Of a DNA stretch of 64,000 bases, positions 8,264 through 16,581 are shown one piece after another (positions within the stretch are counted from its first letter, which is position 1; each line of letters begins with the position of its first letter). Position numbers and translations under genes: made by a program. The stretch is from an uncultured Actinomycetota bacterium (lineage in GTDB: Bacteria; Actinomycetota; Actinomycetes; Streptosporangiales; Streptosporangiaceae): the NCBI GenBank assembly GCA_963739025.1, contig CAVTYS010000007.1, forward strand, positions 92,467 through 156,466, written 5' to 3'. The notes beneath the pieces are model-generated. The model did not search any database and was not told where the DNA came from. It was given only the letters and a program-made list of their open reading frames with translations.

Positions 8264-9535
8264 TTAGGCCGCCCGTCGCTGCTGGGCCTGGGCGCTGGGC
8301 CGCCGCGCCCCGGCGAGCGGCTCCGGCGGGGCCTGCCTGGCTGGCGTGGCGGCCGGCCCGGCCAGGCAGCGCTCGTAGGCGGAAGCGGTCTCGGCGGCGA
8401 TCCGCTCCCACGGGTAGCGTGACCTGGCCCGGTCGGCGGCCGCGATCCCGAATCCGGTCAGCTTCATCGGCGTGGCGAGCAGCTCGCGCAGCCGCCTGGC
8501 CAGCACCTGCGGCCGGCCCGGCGGCAGCAGCAGCCCGGTGGTCCCGTCGACCACGGCATCCGCGTATCCGCCGACAGCGGTCGCGATCACGGGCTTGCCG
8601 CACGCCATGGCGCTGAGCGCGGCTGAGCCGAACGGCTCGTACCTGGCAGTGCTCACGAAGATGTCGGCCGAGCGGATCAGGGCCGGCAGGGTTTTGGCAG
8701 TGACGTGGCCGGTGAAGGTGACCCGGTCAGCCACGCCGAGGCTGGCGGCGAGCTTGCCGAGCTTCTTGCAGGCGATGTCGGAGTCCAGGTCGTCGGGCTC
8801 AGGCCCGCCCGCGATGACCAGTTCGGCGTCTGGCAGGTCGGGAAGCATCCTCAGCAGCTGCTCGAGCCCCTGATGGTCGGCCAGCGAGCCGAGGTGGAGC
8901 AGCCGCAGGTCGGCGTGCCGCTTAGCCGCCGGGCCCTCAGGCTGGAACCTGCTGGTGTCGACGCCGCACGGAACGACCCTGACTCGCGTTCCCGGGATCC
9001 CGAGCGCGGACAGATGGTTGACCTCGTCAGAGGTGTGCGCCAGCACTCCGGCGACAGCCTTGCCGATGCAGGCTTCCATCTTCATCCGCGCGCTGTCATG
9101 CGGGCCCGGGACGCCGTGCCGCTGCTCGGCGATGCCTAGCGAGCCGAAGCTCGCCACGACGGGTACAGGCACTTCGCGCGCGGCGAGCAGGGCAGCCAGG
9201 CCACTGGTCCAGTGATGCGCGTGAACGATGTCCGGAGTGTCCTTCTTCCAGCGTGCCGCCAGGTACCTGGCGATCTCGGCAACGTGCTGCGGCAGCTGGT
9301 CGGGGGGCAGCGGTGCGGCGGGGCCCGCCTTGATGTAGCGGGCGACCAGCCCGGGCGCGAGGGTCTCGCGGTCGGGCATGCCAGGCGCGTCCTTGCGCGC
9401 GTATATGACCACTTGATGACCAATCGCGGCGAGCGCCTTGCCCAGGCCCGCGACGTGCGCGGCCTGCTCTGCGGCATACGGGTCGGCGGTGGTTGCTGGG
9501 GCTGATGCATGCCGTGCGACGAGGGCGATCTTCAT
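8264..9535 (-). CDS. Glycosyltransferase family 4 (GT-B fold)
   Basis: MKIALV... start with an AAGGAGG RBS. C-terminal EPFGSAALSAMACGKPVIATAVGG motif and an Ala/Pro-rich tail. Confidence 0.85.
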   Translation of the reverse strand: MKIALVARHASAPATTADPYAAEQAAHVAGLGKALAAIGHQVVIYARKDAPGMPDRETLAPGLVARYIKAGPAAPLPPDQLPQHVAEIARYLAARWKKDTPDIVHAHHWTSGLAALLAAREVPVPVVASFGSLGIAEQRHGVPGPHDSARMKMEACIGKAVAGVLAHTSDEVNHLSALGIPGTRVRVVPCGVDTSRFQPEGPAAKRHADLRLLHLGSLADHQGLEQLLRMLPDLPDAELVIAGGPEPDDLDSDIACKKLGKLAASLGVADRVTFTGHVTAKTLPALIRSADIFVSTARYEPFGSAALSAMACGKPVIATAVGGYADAVVDGTTGLLLPPGRPQVLARRLRELLATPMKLTGFGIAAADRARSRYPWERIAAETASAYERCLAGPAATPARQAPPEPLAGARRPSAQAQQRRAA

Positions 9536-9649
9536 CCCTGGGCCTCCTTGCGGGTGTCCGTCTGGTGTCACCGCGCGGAATGCGCTGGCCAGGAGGCCGA
9601 TTCAGGGGTTCTGAGCGTTACGAGAAAGCCGCTAGCGCCGCGACCTTGC

Positions 9650-9706
9650 CGTAAAGCGGAAAAGGCACACCCAGCAACGTCACGCCGTGACAGATAGGGT
9701 GTGCCT
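9650..9706 (-). terminator. Intrinsic terminator-like hairpin after the RsbA-like gene
   Basis: 10-bp stem AGGCACACCC (9663-9672) / GGGTGTGCCT (9697-9706) with an inner GTCACG/CGTGAC hairpin. On the minus strand it is followed by TTTCCGCTTT. Confidence 0.65.
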
Positions 9707-9763
9707 GCGTCGTAAGCACTGAACCAGAAGTTACACGACCGTGGCGCGTCTGTCTACACCGCG

Positions 9764-10786
9764 CTACGCGGGGAGCGAGCCGACGAGCTTGCCAGGCCGG
9801 GCCCCGCGCGCCAGGAATCCTGGCAGCCGCATGTGCAGCCTGGTCGCCGTGCCATGCTGACCCGTGCGCACCTCGGTGAGGTCCACACACCGGTTGACCA
9901 GCCACAATCCGTGCCCGCCCGGTTGTTCGGGGTCGGGCAGCCGCCGACCGGCGAGCGGGTCGGCGATGCGGCCGCCATCGCGCACCTCGCAGACCAGTTC
10001 GCCCGGTGCCCGCCAGCACCGGATGGTCCCGCCCCCGCCGGCGTGCCGCAGCGTGTTGGCGGCGACCTCGCTAACGGCGAGCACCAGTTCGGCGGCGCGG
10101 GCTGCGGGCAGCTCAGCTGCCCGCGCGTGCCCGGCCGCCAAGTCCCTGACGGCGCGCAGGTCATCGCCGAAGCTGAGCTCAGGTACGCCGGCGGGCGGTG
10201 CCGGCAGCGGCGCCGTGCAGACTGCCGGGAGCCAGCCACGGCCGCGGTACCTCGGGCCGCGCGCGAGGCCGGCGCGGCTGACGGCATGCGGGTGCGTGCG
10301 GCGCGCGTCGTCGAGGACCGGCCGCGGCAGGCGTGCGGCATCGTACGGGCACAGAATCCGCGTGCCGGGGCCGGTGAAGGCGAGGTTGACCAGGGCCTCG
10401 TGCCTGATTGCCTCGGTGATCTCGGCCGCGCCGCGGCCTGGCCACACCGGCTCTGTGACGACGCGCACAGGCCGGCTGGCTTCCGCGGCGAAGGCCTGGA
10501 TGGCCGGGATGATCCTGGCCGGATTGGTGCCGAGGCTGGTCATGTCCGCGAACACGACATCGTCGCTGTGGCTGCCGAGCGCGCCGTTCAGTTCGCCGTG
10601 CCTGTCGCCGGGGACGGCAACGAACGCCCGCTCGCCGACGTCCACCCCGGCTCGCAGGAACCCGCTGACCGCCTCGGCGTACTCACCAGGGTCGTGGTAA
10701 AGGAGGGCTAGGTGGCACGCTCGGGTGGCCGGCTGGCGACCCGGTCTTACCGCCATTGCGTCCACCCCGCCCGCGTACCTCGTCAT
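9764..10786 (-). CDS. RsbA-family anti-sigma factor (MEDS sensory domain fused to an RsbW-like HATPase Ser kinase)
   Basis: N-terminal MEDS-like HLALLYHDPGEY...FVAVPG. C-terminal LAVSEVAANTLRHA...GHGLWLVNRCVD. Confidence 0.75.
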   Translation of the reverse strand: MTRYAGGVDAMAVRPGRQPATRACHLALLYHDPGEYAEAVSGFLRAGVDVGERAFVAVPGDRHGELNGALGSHSDDVVFADMTSLGTNPARIIPAIQAFAAEASRPVRVVTEPVWPGRGAAEITEAIRHEALVNLAFTGPGTRILCPYDAARLPRPVLDDARRTHPHAVSRAGLARGPRYRGRGWLPAVCTAPLPAPPAGVPELSFGDDLRAVRDLAAGHARAAELPAARAAELVLAVSEVAANTLRHAGGGGTIRCWRAPGELVCEVRDGGRIADPLAGRRLPDPEQPGGHGLWLVNRCVDLTEVRTGQHGTATRLHMRLPGFLARGARPGKLVGSLPA

Positions 10787-10940
10787 CGGGGCCTTCGGAA
10801 CCGGTTGCCTGCCCTGCCTCCAGCGACTTATTCGCTCGCCGTCGTAGCATGTCCCTGATATGACACCGGTGCCCTGGCCCGCGCCGGCGCCGAGAAGTGC
10901 CGCCCGGCCCTAGCCGGCCTGATGCGCTTGGGGGTAGAAC

Positions 10941-11306
10941 GTGCCGGAGTTCGAGCTCTCCTCCGCGGAGCGCGATGATACGGCCGTCATTAAGCTGATC
11001 GGCGACCTCGATATCGTCACCAGCCGCCAGCTCGACGAGACCCTCGCTGCCGCCCGCCGCACCCTGGACCGGGTCGTGCTCGACCTTTCGGCCGTCGACT
11101 TCATGGACACGAGCTCGCTAGCGGTGATAGTCAGCCACTGGAAGGGACTCGAGGCGTCCGGCGGGCTGCTCGCGCTCGCGGGTGCCAGGTTCCAGTACAC
11201 AAGGACGCTGTGGATCACCGGCCTCGCGGACCGGATCCCGATGTACGACACCGTGGACCTGGCCATCGAGGGCCAGCGCGCCTCGGCAGCTGACCGGGCA
11301 GGTTGA
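10941..11306 (+). CDS. STAS-domain anti-sigma-factor antagonist
   Basis: VIKLIGDLDIVTSRQL...LDLSAVDFMDTSSLAVIV, including the conserved phosphorylatable Ser context DTSSL. Confidence 0.85.
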   Translation: MPEFELSSAERDDTAVIKLIGDLDIVTSRQLDETLAAARRTLDRVVLDLSAVDFMDTSSLAVIVSHWKGLEASGGLLALAGARFQYTRTLWITGLADRIPMYDTVDLAIEGQRASAADRAG

Positions 11307-11363
11307 GCCTGGCGAGAGCCAGGCGGCACGGCGGCGCGGCGACACGCTGGCACGCGCCGTCTA

Positions 11364-12185
11364 TTACTGCGGATCGTCCTCGGCTGCCTGGCCCGCTTCG
11401 AGTATCCGGTCCCGCAGGTAGCCGAGCGCGTGCGCGAGCAGCCGGGACACGTGCATCTGTGAGATACCGAGCTGATCGCCGATCTCGGACTGGGTCATAT
11501 TGCCGTAAAAGCGCATCATCAGCAGCCGCTGCTCGCGTTCTGGCAGCTCGCCCAGGTGCTCCCAGACGGCCTCCATGTCCAGCGTCGTCTCGAGCTGCGG
11601 ATCGTCGCCGCCAAGCAGGTCCTCCAGCGTGCCAGCGTCGGCTCCGTCAGACAGCGGGGCGCTGAGCGAGGAGGCCTGGAAAGCCAGGTCGGCCCGCTGT
11701 GCGTCGAGCAGGTCGGCTGCGCTGACCCCGAGATGCTCGGCGAGTTCGGCGTCGGTCGGCGTCCTGGAGAGCCGCTGCGCGAGTTCGCCCCTCGCCTTCC
11801 TGATCTCCAGCCGCAGTTCCTGCGCTGACCTGCGGACATGGACCTGCCAGCGCTTGTCACGGAAATGCCGCTTGATCTCGCCGGTGATGCAGGGGGCCGC
11901 GTAGGCGGCGAGGCTCTCGCCGATGTCGGGGTCGAAGTTGTTGATGGCCTTCAGCAACCCGACGTATCCGACCTGCATGAGCTCTTCCTGCGGCTCAGGG
12001 CTGTCCCGGTAGCGAAGCACGCACGAGCGCACCAGCGCCTGATAGCGGGTGACCAGTTCCTCGCACGCGGCATCGCGGGCGCTGCTGCCGTGCGGCTCGG
12101 CCTGAACCGTCTTCAGCAGCTCGTGGTCGGCGCGGTCACCGAGGCCGGCAGACACTGGCGCGATCGGGGGAACTGACTGGGACAC
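11364..12185 (-). CDS. SigB/SigF-group RNA polymerase sigma factor
   Basis: Region 2 YVGLLKAINNFDP...APCITGEIKRHFRD and region 4 TQSEIGDQLGISQMHVSRLL. The GTG at 12185 behind a GGAGG RBS is preferred over the TTG at 12242. Confidence 0.85.
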   Translation of the reverse strand: MSQSVPPIAPVSAGLGDRADHELLKTVQAEPHGSSARDAACEELVTRYQALVRSCVLRYRDSPEPQEELMQVGYVGLLKAINNFDPDIGESLAAYAAPCITGEIKRHFRDKRWQVHVRRSAQELRLEIRKARGELAQRLSRTPTDAELAEHLGVSAADLLDAQRADLAFQASSLSAPLSDGADAGTLEDLLGGDDPQLETTLDMEAVWEHLGELPEREQRLLMMRFYGNMTQSEIGDQLGISQMHVSRLLAHALGYLRDRILEAGQAAEDDPQ

Positions 12186-12402
12186 AGCGTGATACCTCCG
12201 TAGTTCGATCAGGTTCAGCCATGCCCTCGCTGCGGGTTCCAAACATCGGGACTACCCGGTGACGCCCTTGCCGGCAAGCGATCATGATGCCCCCTGACTG
12301 CGGTGTTGCTGTTGCGGCGATGCCGCGGACGCCAGCCGCTACCCGCGTCAGGGCGCCGCAAACCGGCACTGGCCTGGCCCGTCCCACCAGGGCTGTCCAG
12401 GG

Positions 12403-12426
12403 GTTTACTGCGGCGGCACCGGGTAG
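12403..12426 (+). promoter_or_regulatory. Sigma-B/F-type promoter: GTTTAC-N12-GGGTAG upstream of the hemerythrin gene
   Basis: Read directly: GTTTAC 12403-12408, 12-nt spacer, GGGTAG 12421-12426. The ATG lies 37 nt downstream. Confidence 0.55.
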
Positions 12427-12463
12427 CAAGGGGAACTATGCATGTTCGCGGGAGGGATTTGTC

Positions 12464-12949
12464 ATGGTTGACGCATTCGGTGTGCTGAGGCGGGATCACG
12501 AGAAGGTAGAGCGGACGCTGGCCTCCCTCGAAGACGGCCCGAACGCCGGCAGCGGTGCCGACCAGGTTGAGCTGGTCGCCAGGGGCAGGCTCGCCCAGCA
12601 GCTCATTGCCGACGAGGCAGGCCACGAGGCGATCGAGGAGCAGTGCTTCTGGCCGGTTGTCAAGGACCGGATGCCGGGCGGCGCCGCCCTCGCCGAGGCG
12701 GGTATCAGCCAGGAGCACGATGCCCGGCAGATCCTGCGGCAGCTTGACGGGATGCAGGCGTGGGACGACGGCTTCGAGAAGCTGCTGAGGGAGTTCACCA
12801 CGGCCGCGCGCGACCATGTGGCGTTCGAGGAGACGAAGGTGTGGCCTGGCCTGCGCGAGGCGCTGTCCGCTGAGGAGGTCAGCGAGCTCGGTGACAGCCT
12901 GGTGAAGGCCAGGGAGAAAGCGTCGGCCAGCCCGCCGGCTGGCGCCTGA
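12464..12949 (+). CDS. Hemerythrin-domain protein
   Basis: MVDAFGVLRRDHEKVE...HEAIEEQCFWP...HVAFEE pattern of His/Glu ligands. GGGAGGG RBS before the ATG at 12464. Confidence 0.75.
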   Translation: MVDAFGVLRRDHEKVERTLASLEDGPNAGSGADQVELVARGRLAQQLIADEAGHEAIEEQCFWPVVKDRMPGGAALAEAGISQEHDARQILRQLDGMQAWDDGFEKLLREFTTAARDHVAFEETKVWPGLREALSAEEVSELGDSLVKAREKASASPPAGA

Positions 12950-12968
12950 CGACCGGCAAGGGAAGGGC

Positions 12969-12990
12969 TTCCGGGCGGCCGGCCGCCCGG
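12969..12990. terminator. Perfect GC palindrome between convergent genes
   Basis: TCCGGGCGGCC|GGCCGCCCGGA, lying between the hemerythrin stop (12949) and the SDR stop (13057). Confidence 0.5.
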
Positions 12991-13056
12991 AGAGCGGCCG
13001 CGCTGGCCGGCCTCTGCGGAGGCTCCGGCTGGCGCGGTTCGCTTGCCTGCGGTCTT

Positions 13057-14061
13057 TTACCTGCGGCGGAGTGCGCCGAGGACGCCGCCAAGCACGGCGG
13101 CCGCGGCCAACCCCCCCGTGACGGACCCGGCGTGCTGGGAGATCCACAGCTGCAGCGAGCGCTCGTGGGCGCGGTCGGAGAAGTCGCCGCGCGCGCCGTA
13201 GTCGTTCCCGGTGGGTGCGTCGGCAGGCTGCCAGAGGTTGTCGGGGCGGTGCCGGCCGGCTGGCTCATCGGTTTGCTGGGACTTGTAGCCCGTCCTGGCC
13301 AGATACCGGTCGAGCAGCGCGGGCGCGACCCGGTTGGCGACCAGCGTCGCGGCCGTGGTGCCGCCGACCCAGTACATCCGCCTGCGCGGATGACCGGCCG
13401 CGTACGCGATCCCGCGGGCCGCCAGTTCTGGCTGGTAGATCGGCGGGACCGGCTGCGGCCGCATCGGCAGCTTGGAGCGGACCCAGGAGAACTGCGGCGT
13501 GTTCACCGCGGGCATCTGCACGACCGTGACGTGCACGTTCGAGCCCTCGTGCAGCAGTTCGCAGCGCAGCGACGAGGTGAAGCCCATGATCGCGTGCTTG
13601 GCCCCGCAGTACGCGGACTGCAGCGGGATGCTGCGCTCCGCGAGCGCGGAGCCGACTTGCACGATCGTGCCGTGGTCGCGTGGCCGCATCCGGGACAAGG
13701 CCACCATCGTGCCGTGTACGAAGCCGAGGTAGGTGACCTCGGTAACGCGCCGGAACTCCTCAGGGCTGATGTCAGCGAAGGGCGCGAAGACCGAACTGAA
13801 GCCGACGTTAATCCAGACGTCGACCGGCCCGAGCTCGCGCTCGATCCGCTCGGCCGCGGCGTCCAGCTGTGCGTAGTCGGCCATGTCGGTGCTGATCGGC
13901 AGCGCCGTGCCACCCGCTGCAGCGATCTCATCGGCGGCGCCCGCCAGCCCATCGGCGCCGCGAGCGAGCACGGCAACGCGGTCGCCGCGGCGGCCGAACA
14001 GCGTGGCGGTCGCGCGGCCGATCCCGGCGCTGCCGCCATTAATAACGACGGTCTGAGTCAT
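13057..14061 (-). CDS. SDR-family oxidoreductase
   Basis: GGSAGIGRA dinucleotide motif and catalytic YCGAKHA. Confidence 0.9.
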   Translation of the reverse strand: MTQTVVINGGSAGIGRATATLFGRRGDRVAVLARGADGLAGAADEIAAAGGTALPISTDMADYAQLDAAAERIERELGPVDVWINVGFSSVFAPFADISPEEFRRVTEVTYLGFVHGTMVALSRMRPRDHGTIVQVGSALAERSIPLQSAYCGAKHAIMGFTSSLRCELLHEGSNVHVTVVQMPAVNTPQFSWVRSKLPMRPQPVPPIYQPELAARGIAYAAGHPRRRMYWVGGTTAATLVANRVAPALLDRYLARTGYKSQQTDEPAGRHRPDNLWQPADAPTGNDYGARGDFSDRAHERSLQLWISQHAGSVTGGLAAAAVLGGVLGALRRR

Positions 14062-14070
14062 GGCGCTCGG

Positions 14071-14095
14071 CTACCCGCACGCGCATCGCGCAAAC
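14071..14095 (-). promoter_or_regulatory. Sigma-B/F-type promoter: GTTTGC-N13-GGGTAG, 9 nt before the SDR ATG
   Basis: Reverse complement of 14071-14095 reads GTTTGC GCGATGCGCGTGC GGGTAG, followed by CCGAGCGCC and the ATG at 14061. Confidence 0.5.
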
Positions 14096-14217
14096 GGCGA
14101 TTCCGTGCCGTGCCCGCCCGCGCCCGGGCGCCCGGATTAGAACGGGGCACGAGGGGAAGCGGTAGCCGCCATGCCGGCACAGACAGGCGCGCACAACGCC
14201 GGAACAGCCGCGCGCAG

Positions 14218-16083
14218 GTGAACGACCTGTGGCGGCCCCGCGTGCTGCGGGAGTACTCGTTCCTCGCTGACGGCGAGCGCGGCGGCCTGGTCGGGCCCGA
14301 TGGGGCGATCGTCTGGATGTGCGCGCCGCGCTGGGACAGCCCGGCGGTGTTCGCCGCGCTGCTTGGCGGGCAAGGCGGCTACGCCGTGACGCCGGCCGAC
14401 CCTTGGCATGTCTGGGGCGGCTACTACGAGCCAGCCAGCCTGATCTGGCGCAGCCGCTGGGCCGGCCGCGGGATCGTGGAGTGCCGCGAGGCCCTGGCGA
14501 TGCCGGCCGACCAGGACCGGGTGGTCGTCCTGCGCCGGATCGAGGCGCGGGACGGGCCAGCGCGCGTTACGGTCGTTCTCGATGTCGGGGCCGGTTTCGG
14601 GCGCAGTCCGATGCGGGACCTGGCCAGGGCTCACGGTGTCTGGACCGGGCGGAGCGGAACCAGCCAGCGGGCAGGCGCGGTGTGGTTCAGGTGGTCAGGC
14701 GCGGCACGGGCGCGGCCCGACCGGGACGGCCGGCTGCGGATGACGCTGACCGTGCCACCCGGCCAGCACCACGACCTGGTGCTCGAGATCTCCGGCCGGC
14801 CGATCAGCGATCAGGCGGCCAGCGCGGGCGATGCCTGGGCAGCCACCGAGGAGGCGTGGTCGGCGGCCGTGCCTGCCTGTGACGGCCTCGTCGCCGCGAG
14901 GGACGCCAGCCACGCCTACGCCGTGCTCAGAGGATTGACGTCGGCGTCGGGCGGTATGGTGGCCGCGGCCACGACCTCGCTGCCCGAACGGCTCGAAGGG
15001 GTGCGCAACTACGACTACCGCTACGCCTGGATCCGCGATCAGTGCTATGCGGGCATCGCGATGGCCGCGCATGGTTCCAGGGACCAGCTGGCCGGTACCG
15101 TCAGGTTCATCACCGAGCGGATGCTCGCGGACGGGCCTGACCTGAAGCCGGCCTACACCGTCGGCGGCGAGCCGATCCCCGATGAACGCGGGCTGCGGCT
15201 GCGCGGCTACCCGGGGAGCTCGGTCCGGATCGGGAACCGGGTGCGCCGGCAATTCCAGCTGGACAGCCTCGGCGAGGTCCTGCAGCTGCTGGCCGCGGCG
15301 ACCGAGCAGGAGGTGCTCGACGCGGACGGCATGCGGGCCGCCGAGGTGGCCGCCAGCGCGATCGAGCGGCGCTGGCGCGAGCCAGAGGCCGGGATCTGGG
15401 AATTGCACGACGACCGCTGGACGCACTCGCGGCTGTGCTGCGTCGCCGGGCTGCGGGCGATGGCAGCCGCGACCGCGGCGGACGGAACCGGTCCGGCAGG
15501 GAACGGGGCGCGGCTCGCCGCCCGGTGGAGCGGCCTGGCCGACGCGATCATGGCAGGCATGGACAGGGCCGTCCACCCGTCCGGCCGGTGGCAGCGTGCC
15601 GTCGGTGACGACCGGGTCGACGCCGCCCTGCTGCCATCCGTCCTTCGCGGCGCCGTGCCGCCCGGCGACCCGCGCTCGGTCGCGACGGTGGCGGCTGTGG
15701 CTGCCGAGCTCGCCGAGGACGGTTTCGTCTACCGCTTCAGGCACGGCAACCTGCCGCTGCATGAAGCTGAGGGTGCGTTCCTGCTCTGCGGCTTCTGGAT
15801 GGCGCTGACGGCGCACGTCCGCGGCGACGACGTGGAGGCCGCGCACTGGTTCGAGCGGAACAGGGCCGCCTGCGGGCCCGCCGGCCTGTACACCGAGGAA
15901 TACGACGTGCGCCAGCGCCAGCTGCGCGGGAACCTGCCGCAGGCGTTCGTCCACGCCGGCATGCTCGAGTGCGCCGTGCGGCTGTCCGGCGACGCGAGCG
16001 TCGGCGGCCCATCCAGGCCGGCTTCGGGCCCTCCGGGCCGGCTTCTCGCCTCGGGCCTGCGAACAGGGCGTTTACCTGCCTGA
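14218..16083 (+). CDS. Glycoside hydrolase family 15 (glucoamylase/trehalase-like)
   Basis: EYSFLADGERGGLVGPDG...WMCAPRWDSP N-domain and NYDYRYAWIRDQCYA catalytic-domain motif. GTG at 14218 is in frame. The upstream part of the 983-aa ORF is antisense to the SDR gene. Confidence 0.8.
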   Translation: MNDLWRPRVLREYSFLADGERGGLVGPDGAIVWMCAPRWDSPAVFAALLGGQGGYAVTPADPWHVWGGYYEPASLIWRSRWAGRGIVECREALAMPADQDRVVVLRRIEARDGPARVTVVLDVGAGFGRSPMRDLARAHGVWTGRSGTSQRAGAVWFRWSGAARARPDRDGRLRMTLTVPPGQHHDLVLEISGRPISDQAASAGDAWAATEEAWSAAVPACDGLVAARDASHAYAVLRGLTSASGGMVAAATTSLPERLEGVRNYDYRYAWIRDQCYAGIAMAAHGSRDQLAGTVRFITERMLADGPDLKPAYTVGGEPIPDERGLRLRGYPGSSVRIGNRVRRQFQLDSLGEVLQLLAAATEQEVLDADGMRAAEVAASAIERRWREPEAGIWELHDDRWTHSRLCCVAGLRAMAAATAADGTGPAGNGARLAARWSGLADAIMAGMDRAVHPSGRWQRAVGDDRVDAALLPSVLRGAVPPGDPRSVATVAAVAAELAEDGFVYRFRHGNLPLHEAEGAFLLCGFWMALTAHVRGDDVEAAHWFERNRAACGPAGLYTEEYDVRQRQLRGNLPQAFVHAGMLECAVRLSGDASVGGPSRPASGPPGRLLASGLRTGRLPA

Positions 16084-16086
16084 ACC

Positions 16087-16111
16087 GTTATTGCGCGCGG
16101 TTGGTGGGTAC
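16087..16111 (+). promoter_or_regulatory. Sigma-B/F-type promoter: GTTATT-N13-GGGTAC upstream of the Rho_N small protein gene
   Basis: Read directly: GTTATT 16087-16092 and GGGTAC 16106-16111. The ATG lies 52 nt downstream. Confidence 0.5.
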
Positions 16112-16163
16112 GCAACGGACTTGCGAGCACAACAGATCGGACAAGGAAGGGAATCAGATAGGC

Positions 16164-16433
16164 ATGGCAACGACCAAGCAGATGCACTCCGCCAGAACCA
16201 ACGTGAAGAAGGCTCAGCGGTCCGCGTCAAGCAAGAAGACGATCGCGCACATGCCGGCGAAGACCAAGACAGCGCTCGGCAAGCAGGGTGCCGCGGTCGC
16301 GCAGCGCAAGCGCACGGGGGGTAGCACCCCGAAGACGCGCGCGGAGCTGTACGAGATGGCCAAGCGGCGTGACCTGCCTGGGCGGTCGAAGATGGGCCGC
16401 GCAGAGCTCGCCAAGAAGCTCGGCGTTCGCTGA
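16164..16433 (+). CDS. Small basic protein with a C-terminal Rho_N/SAP-like motif
   Basis: AAGGAAGGG RBS before the ATG at 16164. C-terminal TRAELYEMAKRRDLPGRSKMGRAELAKKL. Confidence 0.7.
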   Translation: MATTKQMHSARTNVKKAQRSASSKKTIAHMPAKTKTALGKQGAAVAQRKRTGGSTPKTRAELYEMAKRRDLPGRSKMGRAELAKKLGVR

Positions 16434-16481
16434 TTCCGCACCCTGGCCGCCGGCAGCGGCGGTCAGGGTCGGTCAGTCGTG

Positions 16482-16508
16482 CAGGGCCCGGCAACTCGCC
16501 GGGCCCTG
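16482..16508 (+). terminator. Hairpin after the Rho_N gene
   Basis: 11-bp stem CAGGGCCCGGC / GCCGGGCCCTG with loop AACTC. No U-tract. Confidence 0.55.
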
Positions 16509-16581
16509 GCATGGGGCATGATCACGGCCAGGGCCGGGCGGACGTTGGCCTCGCACGGCACGGGGTGCGAGAGTTGGAGTC

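Noticed and set aside
10925-10940. GGGTAG hexamer just before the STAS gene as a sigma-B-type -10
   Set aside because: It ends 3 nt before the GTG start, no GTTT-like -35 occurs at 12-17 nt, and the G-run is better explained as the RBS.
12252-12290. Autoregulatory sigma-B-type promoter upstream of the sigma gene (GGGTAG on the minus strand at 12257-12252)
   Set aside because: The best -35 candidate (GCTTG) is 17 nt away and lacks GTTT. It is too weak to call and is mentioned only as a possibility.
13132-14217. Upstream 360 codons of the 983-aa ORF 13132-16083
   Set aside because: It is antisense to the well-supported SDR gene, has Arg/Gly/Pro-rich composition typical of off-frame high-GC ORFs, and GH15 similarity only begins at about 14218.
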